NCBI GenBank assembly: GCA_041659585.1
Contig: JBAZXY010000001.1
Span: forward strand, 1-53,408
Direction: 5' to 3'
Source of the DNA: Parcubacteria group bacterium
GTDB lineage: Bacteria > Patescibacteriota > Minisyncoccia > Moranbacterales > UBA2206
DNA length: 53,408 bases
Shown here: piece after piece, positions 44,087-49,500 of the stretch
Position numbering within the stretch: the first letter of the stretch is position 1
Layout: each line of letters begins with the position of its first letter
Notes under the pieces: generated by a model
The model's database searches: none
The model's input: only the letters and a program-made list of their open reading frames with translations
Told to the model about the DNA's origin: nothing
Position numbers and translations under genes: made by a program

Positions 44087-44116
44087 GCAAGCTGATTGAT
44101 TATGCTTGTTTTTTTT
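44087..44116 (+). terminator. Terminator-like hairpin plus T8
   Basis: GCAAGC...GCTTGT stem followed by TTTTTTTT. Confidence 0.45.
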
Positions 44117-44153
44117 GTTCATTAAAATAAAAAACTTTCAAAATATTAAACTG

Positions 44154-44237
44154 TGGACCTGATGGGACTTGAACCCATAATTCCGGGCAGGAGCTCCTTT
44201 TTCAAAGGAGTGAGGTTAACCATTTTTCTACAGGCCC
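44154..44237 (-). tRNA. tRNA-like gene or pseudo-tRNA (anticodon loop TTGAAAA = GAA; long variable region; weak D arm)
   Basis: Minus strand reads GGGCCTG acceptor paired with CAGGTCC. T arm ATGGG-TTCAAGT-CCCAT. Anticodon stem CTCCT/AGGAG. 15-nt variable region. The D stem does not pair canonically. Confidence 0.4.
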
Positions 44238-44313
44238 ACACTTTAATACATTGAAAGCAAGATTTTTCGCTAAAAAGGTAACTGTAACAAGAGAAAAATT
44301 TACATAACAATTT

Positions 44314-44349
44314 AAGCTAGCTTACTTTAGACGGTTGCTAGCTTTTTTT
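44314..44349 (+). terminator. Rho-independent terminator in the ORF-free region
   Basis: AAGCTAGC...GCTAGCTT stem followed by a T-run. Confidence 0.55.
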
Positions 44350-44543
44350 GTTTTCGGTGGCCGACAAAAAATTTCATCCAGCCTTTGAGACTTCGTACTA
44401 TTTTTCCTCTACGTACTACGAAGTTACAATACATGTAACCATCGTCTCCGCGGAAGCATTGTTGTCCTTCATGAAGATCCACCATAAGCGTACCTCCTTT
44501 CCGTCTCTCCTAATTTTACAGTTACCTTTTCAATGAACAAAAA

Positions 44544-44662
44544 AACACCAACTTTGACAGTCCCTCCACGAAGCTTCGTTTATTTCTAAACTCACCTAAC
44601 GTGGACTTTACGGGTCCCCCGAAGTATTTCTACATCGTGGAGATCCTGTCAAAAATGGTGTT
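44544..44662. repeat. Long imperfect inverted repeat / roughly 120-nt hairpin
   Basis: AACACCAACTTTGACAG pairs with CTGTCAAAAATGGTGTT at 15 of 17 positions. Inner helices are CTCCACGA/TCGTGGAG and CTTCG/CGAAG. Confidence 0.55.
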
Positions 44663-44953
44663 GTGTTTAGGAAATTAGACTGTCATCTTAATTGCCATCC
44701 GTAAAATGGCTTTGATATAGACACTACATATAGTGGTACCTGATACTATTATACCACAATTGGAAAATCCGCCAAGTTTTTGTCGAATGACGCATTTTTC
44801 CTAGTAATTTTCAATTTTACGGCAAAGTTATCCACACCCCCCCCAAGAAATATGATTGACAAATAACGGTATGAAGTGTTAGTGTTCTATATTAAAAATT
44901 TAAAATCATTTTTGCCTGTGGCTTCGGCCAGTGCTTTTGAAAAAAAAGTATTT

Positions 44954-44982
44954 TTGCAGACAGGGTCAAAGTGGTGTAAAAT
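44954..44982 (+). promoter_or_regulatory. Candidate integrase promoter (TTGCAG-17 nt-TAAAAT with TG extension)
   Basis: The TGGTGTAAAAT sequence is identical to the rpsP -10 region. Confidence 0.4.
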
Positions 44983-45034
44983 ATTAGTAGCTAAGTAAAT
45001 TAGTCTTCACGGACTAACCTTGCTTTGCTGCAAC

Positions 45035-45093
45035 ATACAACACCCCGTTGAAACCTAGGTCTGCAAACCGAGGGAGTAGGCGGGGTGTTGTAT
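45035..45093 (+). promoter_or_regulatory. 13-bp perfect stem-loop in the integrase 5' leader
   Basis: ATACAACACCCCG (45035-45047) pairs with CGGGGTGTTGTAT (45081-45093), ending 4 nt before the int ATG. The only SD-like GGGAG sits in the loop. Confidence 0.55.
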
Positions 45094-45097
45094 TATT

Positions 45098-45970
45098 ATG
45101 TTCAGCAAAAAAATGTGTGAATTTTTTGAACCATTCATAGATTGGTCCATTCGCATGGGAAAAGCAGAGTCAACAATCAAAGAATATCGTAGGATGTTCA
45201 ATGGTCCACTTCAAACAATCTCAAAAATAAAAATAAACAAGTTCAAGATGAAAGATGTTTCCTTTGCAGTGGAGGCAGGACAGCAGTATGGAAAATATGG
45301 AGAAGAAAAAGCAGTGATCACGCTGCGGTCACTAATCAGGTTTATTAAGGAAAATGACCATGAATTTCCGATTGATTGGCGTGACATCAAAGGACGGAAG
45401 AATCAGCGCCCTGAGGTGCAATATTTGACCCCTGGCGACATTGAAACGCTCCGAACGACAATAGACACGGATTCGCCCAGCGGACTCCGTACGAGGGCAT
45501 TATTTGAACTTCTACTGCATTCGGGATTGAGGATTGGAGAGGCCATCACGCTAGACATTGCCGACATTGATTATGACAAGATGGAAATGCATATTGTGAA
45601 TTGCAAAAATAAAGTGCATCAAACCGTGTTTCTGACTGACGGGGCTGTGGCATGGCTAAAAAAATATCTGGCGTCAAGACGTGATACAGAACCGTGCCTT
45701 TTTATCTCCGGCGGCGGAAGAAGATTGCTGGCGGTGACAGCGCGTGCTTCACTCACGAAATATGAAAAGATGAGCGGATTGAAAAAACACATTCATTGGC
45801 ATCTTTTGCGAAAAACCTTTGTCACCAATCTGCTTTTCGGGGGAGTGGACATCAAGACCACGCAACATTTGGCGCGGCACACTTCGGAAATCACCACCCT
45901 CCGGCACTACGCGGCCATCAATCACCAAGAGGAAAGATTGCTTTTGACTAATGTCATGGCCAATGTTTAG
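45098..45970 (+). CDS. Tyrosine recombinase / phage integrase
   Basis: GLRIGEAITL (box I Arg), HWHLLRKTF (H-x-x-R) and ARHTSEITTLRHY (catalytic Tyr region). Confidence 0.9.
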   Translation: MFSKKMCEFFEPFIDWSIRMGKAESTIKEYRRMFNGPLQTISKIKINKFKMKDVSFAVEAGQQYGKYGEEKAVITLRSLIRFIKENDHEFPIDWRDIKGRKNQRPEVQYLTPGDIETLRTTIDTDSPSGLRTRALFELLLHSGLRIGEAITLDIADIDYDKMEMHIVNCKNKVHQTVFLTDGAVAWLKKYLASRRDTEPCLFISGGGRRLLAVTARASLTKYEKMSGLKKHIHWHLLRKTFVTNLLFGGVDIKTTQHLARHTSEITTLRHYAAINHQEERLLLTNVMANV

Positions 45971-46018
45971 CTATTAAAAATGTTGACGGCTAGTGGTCTT
46001 TAGGAGTATAATGGTGGA

Positions 46019-46204
46019 ATGAAAAGACCAGGACAGCCAATCGACATGAAATCCGTCATTAAAGTGCAGGAGTATCTGGATAAAGGGTTGAACCAGTACG
46101 AAATTGCACGAGTGATGAACACCACAAGACAGCAAGTAAATCGCTGGGTTTTTTACATTAAAAGAGGCGTGCTTGAGCCAAAAGATGATACTGTTGACAC
46201 GTAA
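46019..46204 (+). CDS. Small HTH DNA-binding protein (excisionase/regulator candidate)
   Basis: LNQYEIARVMNTTRQQVNRWV helix-turn-helix. Adjacent to the integrase. Confidence 0.5.
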   Translation: MKRPGQPIDMKSVIKVQEYLDKGLNQYEIARVMNTTRQQVNRWVFYIKRGVLEPKDDTVDT

Positions 46205-46222
46205 TAGGGAAAATGCTATAAT
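46194..46222 (+). promoter_or_regulatory. Perfect consensus promoter (TTGACA-17 nt-TATAAT, TG-extended) facing outward from the prophage right end
   Basis: TTGACA at 46194-46199 and TGCTATAAT ending at 46222. Confidence 0.6.
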
Positions 46223-46356
46223 GTACTTAGTAGTTTGAAAACAGAATAAAAATGAAATGTTTTGCATCTATCTTTTTGCCGCTGATTAATTCGGCTCTAA
46301 AGAAATTGATGCAAGATACTTTCGATTAGATTTATAAATTTCATTCTCTCCTCAAA

Positions 46357-46382
46357 TTAGCACTCGACTTGACAGAGCGATA
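46357..46382 (+). promoter_or_regulatory. CIRCE-like element with degenerate right arm (putative attR core)
   Basis: TTAGCACTC-GACTTGACA-GAGCGATA. Near-identical to 14149-14175. Confidence 0.5.
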
Positions 46383-46409
46383 TCGGTAAAAACTCATTAG
46401 CTCATCAAA

Positions 46410-46436
46410 TTAGCACTCAGACTTGACGAGTGCTAA
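46410..46436 (+). promoter_or_regulatory. CIRCE operator (HrcA binding site), perfect consensus
   Basis: TTAGCACTC-AGACTTGAC-GAGTGCTAA. Confidence 0.9.
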
Positions 46437-46451
46437 AAGATAATTTATAAT
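46423..46451 (+). promoter_or_regulatory. hrcA operon promoter overlapping CIRCE (TTGACG-17 nt-TATAAT)
   Basis: TTGACG at 46423-46428 lies inside CIRCE. TATAAT at 46446-46451. Confidence 0.65.
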
Positions 46452-46604
46452 GGAAAAAGAATAAATAAACGCATGCCATTATGAATCACGCACTAACTTT
46501 TGATGCAGTTAATAGTGCAGTGAAAATTAAGGCGAGGCGATATAAATAATTAATTGTAACCTTTGATCTTATTGGAATTTAGTATTATCAAAAGTTAGTG
46601 TGGG

Positions 46605-47342
46605 ATGAATAAAAGACAAGAAGAAATTTTAGCAGCGGTGATTGAAGAATATACCGAATCAGCCATCCCGGTGGGATCAAAGATTTTGGTGGAGAAATAT
46701 GGTTTTGATCTGAGTCCCGCCACTATCCGCAATGATATGGTCAAGTTGGAGGAAGAAGGATTTTTGCACCAGCCGCACATCAGCGCCGGGCGCATCCCCA
46801 CCGACAAAGGCTATCGCTTCTTTGTGGAAGAAATCATGGGGGATCAAGAAATGTCTTTGGCAGATCAGAAGAAATTGCAAACGGAACTCCTGAAACTGCG
46901 TGCGCAACACCAACGCCTTTCTCGCACAACTGCCAAATTGCTCTCTGGGATGAGCGGCAATCTGGCTATCAGTTCGATGGAAAAAGATTTTTCGGAATTC
47001 GGCATTCGAGAGTTGTTGGAGAAACCGGAGTTCCGCGAGGTGGATGAATTTTGCAAGGTGGTGGAAGCGTTGGATTTTATTGATGAGAATGTGGATATGA
47101 TTTTAGCGAAAATGAAGACGGACGAAACGAAGATTTTCATCGGCAAGGATAACCCTATCAAGGGCATTTCCAATTGCTCGATGGTAGTCTCTCCCTACAC
47201 CACAAAATCAGGGGAAAGAGGCGTGTTGGCCATCATCGGACCCAAGCGCATGAAGTATGCAGAAAATAAATCCTTACTAGATTATGTAAGAAAGATTCTG
47301 AGTGTTTCGAGTGTAGTATTGTTAGTGATATATGGCGTATAA
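46605..47342 (+). CDS. hrcA: Heat-inducible transcription repressor HrcA (short form, 245 aa)
   Basis: ILAAVIEEYTESAIPVGSKILVEKY...SPATIRNDMVKLEEEGFLHQPHISAGRIPTDKGYRFFV is the canonical HrcA N-terminal domain. Confidence 0.85.
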   Translation: MNKRQEEILAAVIEEYTESAIPVGSKILVEKYGFDLSPATIRNDMVKLEEEGFLHQPHISAGRIPTDKGYRFFVEEIMGDQEMSLADQKKLQTELLKLRAQHQRLSRTTAKLLSGMSGNLAISSMEKDFSEFGIRELLEKPEFREVDEFCKVVEALDFIDENVDMILAKMKTDETKIFIGKDNPIKGISNCSMVVSPYTTKSGERGVLAIIGPKRMKYAENKSLLDYVRKILSVSSVVLLVIYGV

Positions 47343-47393
47343 ATAACGGATAATAGATAACTCAAATCCATAATAATTAAAAAATAGAAGCAT

Positions 47394-47984
47394 ATGAAAA
47401 ATAAAAACGTCGAAGAAGAAAAAAATATGGAAGAGGACAGAATAATCGAAGAAGAGTTGGTGGAGGAATCACAAACTGTTGAAGAGTCTGTAGCAGATCA
47501 AGCAGAGGCTCCTGCAGGGGAAGAGAATGTAGATGCAGAAGACCTAGTGGTGCAATATCTGAATGGTTGGAAGCGATGTCAGGCGGACTTTGAAAATTTC
47601 AAAAAGCGGCAAGCGGAATCACAAAAAGATTTGTTACGCTACAGCACCCAGAGCATTGTTTTGCAAATCTTGCCGGTGATTGACAATTTTCAAGCATCCA
47701 CTGCACACATCCCGGAGGATCAGAAGAGCAATCCTTGGGTGACGGGCATCATGTATATCCAGAAACAATTGGAGCAGGTTTTGGTGGATAATGGAGTGAC
47801 AGAGATGGAGGCAAAAAATGGTGATAGTTTTGATCCCGCGCGACATGAGGCGGTGGCCGATATGGAATGCAAGGGTTGCAAAACCAAAGATTATAAGTTT
47901 AGCAACAAGATCAAGCAAGTGGTGACGCGCGGTTACATGATGGGGGAGAAGATTATCCGTCCGGCGCGGGTGATAGTGGAATAA
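47394..47984 (+). CDS. grpE: Nucleotide exchange factor GrpE
   Basis: RCQADFENFKKR, LPVIDNF, FDPARHEAV and the C-terminal GY..GEKIIRPA.V pattern. Confidence 0.9.
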   Translation: MKNKNVEEEKNMEEDRIIEEELVEESQTVEESVADQAEAPAGEENVDAEDLVVQYLNGWKRCQADFENFKKRQAESQKDLLRYSTQSIVLQILPVIDNFQASTAHIPEDQKSNPWVTGIMYIQKQLEQVLVDNGVTEMEAKNGDSFDPARHEAVADMECKGCKTKDYKFSNKIKQVVTRGYMMGEKIIRPARVIVE

Positions 47985-48069
47985 ATTTTAAAGGCTAAAT
48001 TTGAAATTTAATTTAGATGATTGATTTTTTTGAGAGATATTTTTTAAACTAGAAAGGTGGTGAAAAAAT

Positions 48070-48486
48070 ATGACCAGAGGAATAATAAATTGGTCTCCTA
48101 ATTTTCCGTTCAGAGATTTTGACAAGATTTTTGACGAAGGTATTTGGGAAGGAGTGGATTTTACTCCGGCAATCGATGTCTATCAAGACAAGAACAATGT
48201 TATTGTCGAAGCTCCATTAGCTGGAGTTGACCCGGAAAAAGTGGACATTACTATTGAAAACGATGTTTTGACGATTTCCGGAAAGACGGAGGAAAAAGAG
48301 GAGGTGAAGAGAGAAAATTACTATCGCAAAGAAGTGCGTAAGGGAAGTTTCTCTCGCTCAGTCATCTTGCCGATGAGTGTGAAGGCTGACCAAGCGGAAG
48401 CGCACAGCGAAAAGGGAATACTCAAAGTGACTATCCCGAAAGCGGAAGAAGTGAAACCTAAGAAAATAGCGGTGAAAATCAAATGA
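48070..48486 (+). CDS. Small heat-shock protein (Hsp20/alpha-crystallin)
   Basis: PAIDVYQDKNNVIVEAPLAGVDPEKVDITIENDVLTISG...F.RS..LP...GIL.V.IPK. Confidence 0.9.
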   Translation: MTRGIINWSPNFPFRDFDKIFDEGIWEGVDFTPAIDVYQDKNNVIVEAPLAGVDPEKVDITIENDVLTISGKTEEKEEVKRENYYRKEVRKGSFSRSVILPMSVKADQAEAHSEKGILKVTIPKAEEVKPKKIAVKIK

Positions 48487-48602
48487 TGTATTCCTAGGTT
48501 GCCTAAATATTTTTTAGGCAACTCATGGAGTCCGGCAAGTTCGTTGAAAATAAAAAAAGCCCCCAACCGAGAAATGATATTCTCGATTGAGGGCGGGTCG
48601 TT

Positions 48603-48887
48603 CTAGAGGCAGCTTCCTGCATATCCATGACGAGACAGCAAGAAAGCTATTTGTTTCAGGTTGGATCCACAGGTTAGATATGCTGCGGAAGCACTGTCTT
48701 CTGTTGTGCCAAATATCTTGGCAATAAACGGTATGACATCGGTTTCACAGTACTGGAACAGCAGAGCTTGAATCTTTTTGAAATCTCTGCCGTAATAACT
48801 CACGGCCAGATAAACCTTTTCATATGGTTCATGGAGCTTGCTGGCAAGTAACGCGATATAATCTTTGTGCGAAATCCTGCTTTTCAT
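48603..48887 (-). CDS. Hypothetical protein (94 aa from the internal ATG with AAGGAG RBS)
   Basis: Start MKSRISHKDY is preceded by AAGGAG. A terminator lies downstream on the minus strand (about 48546-48590). Confidence 0.45.
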   Translation of the reverse strand: MKSRISHKDYIALLASKLHEPYEKVYLAVSYYGRDFKKIQALLFQYCETDVIPFIAKIFGTTEDSASAAYLTCGSNLKQIAFLLSRHGYAGSCL

Positions 48888-48959
48888 GTATGAACTCCTT
48901 CTGTAGAGGTTGATGGATGAAAAAAACTGTCTATAATCTAGCATAAGAAAAATAAGTTG

Positions 48960-49268
48960 TCACTTCTTTTTCCTGGGAAAACTTTCTGAGTATGCCTTGA
49001 AAAAATTTTGCAAATCATCAACAAGTTGTCTGGGGATGGTAATCTGGGTGTAAGCCGCAGGTATGGAGCCCTTGCTCTTGGCTATAAAATTTTTATAGTT
49101 GGCGGCTAATTGTTCGGCTACAATATCGGCGACGGCCATTTGTTGGAGTGTTCCTTGGGAAAAATTACCTTCTCTTCTCAAGTCTAGTCCCTTCAGATAC
49201 TTCAAGGTGACTAATAATGTCTCTATTGTTACAGCAACATCTTTATCACTAATACGTTTTCCAGACAT
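48960..49268 (-). CDS. Hypothetical protein (102 aa from the internal ATG with AGGAGG RBS)
   Basis: Start MSGKRISDKD is preceded by AGGAGG. The N-terminus resembles that of the downstream ORF. Confidence 0.45.
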   Translation of the reverse strand: MSGKRISDKDVAVTIETLLVTLKYLKGLDLRREGNFSQGTLQQMAVADIVAEQLAANYKNFIAKSKGSIPAAYTQITIPRQLVDDLQNFFKAYSESFPRKKK

Positions 49269-49462
49269 GATAAACCTCCTGAGGTTAGGGTTGAATTGGT
49301 AAATAACTATCAAGTATAGCAGAAAAAAATAGTTTTGTCAAGTATTATTTTTTCAGTTTCTAAATCGATTTGGAAATTGAAATGCATAATATAAGTCCCA
49401 GTCAAATATTTTCTTACGAAAATTTGACGGGATAAATAATAAAATAACAAATCCTGGTTGGA

Positions 49463-49483
49463 TAGTGTGGCATAATCACACTA
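49463..49483. promoter_or_regulatory. Inverted repeat TAGTGTG-N7-CACACTA enclosing an extended -10 (TGGCATAAT) upstream of dnaK
   Basis: Perfect 7-bp arms. The spacer contains CATAAT with an upstream TG. Ends 18 nt before the dnaK ATG. Confidence 0.4.
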
Positions 49484-49500
49484 CCACTGGATAAAAAAAT

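Larger units (their letters stand above)
14146..46382. mobile_element. Integrated prophage-like element (about 32.2 kb) bounded by an imperfect 29-nt direct repeat; integrase at the right end
   Basis: AAATTAGCACTCGGACTTGACGAGCGATA (14146-14174) versus AAATTAGCACTCGACTTGACAGAGCGATA (46354-46382). The interior carries terminase, portal, capsid, tail fibre, lysis and tyrosine integrase genes. Housekeeping genes lie on both sides. Confidence 0.75.

Noticed and set aside
44348-44536. 62-aa ORF in the region between the lysis genes and the integrase.
   Set aside because: It has no RBS, it crosses several palindromes, and its composition is atypical of the neighbouring genes.
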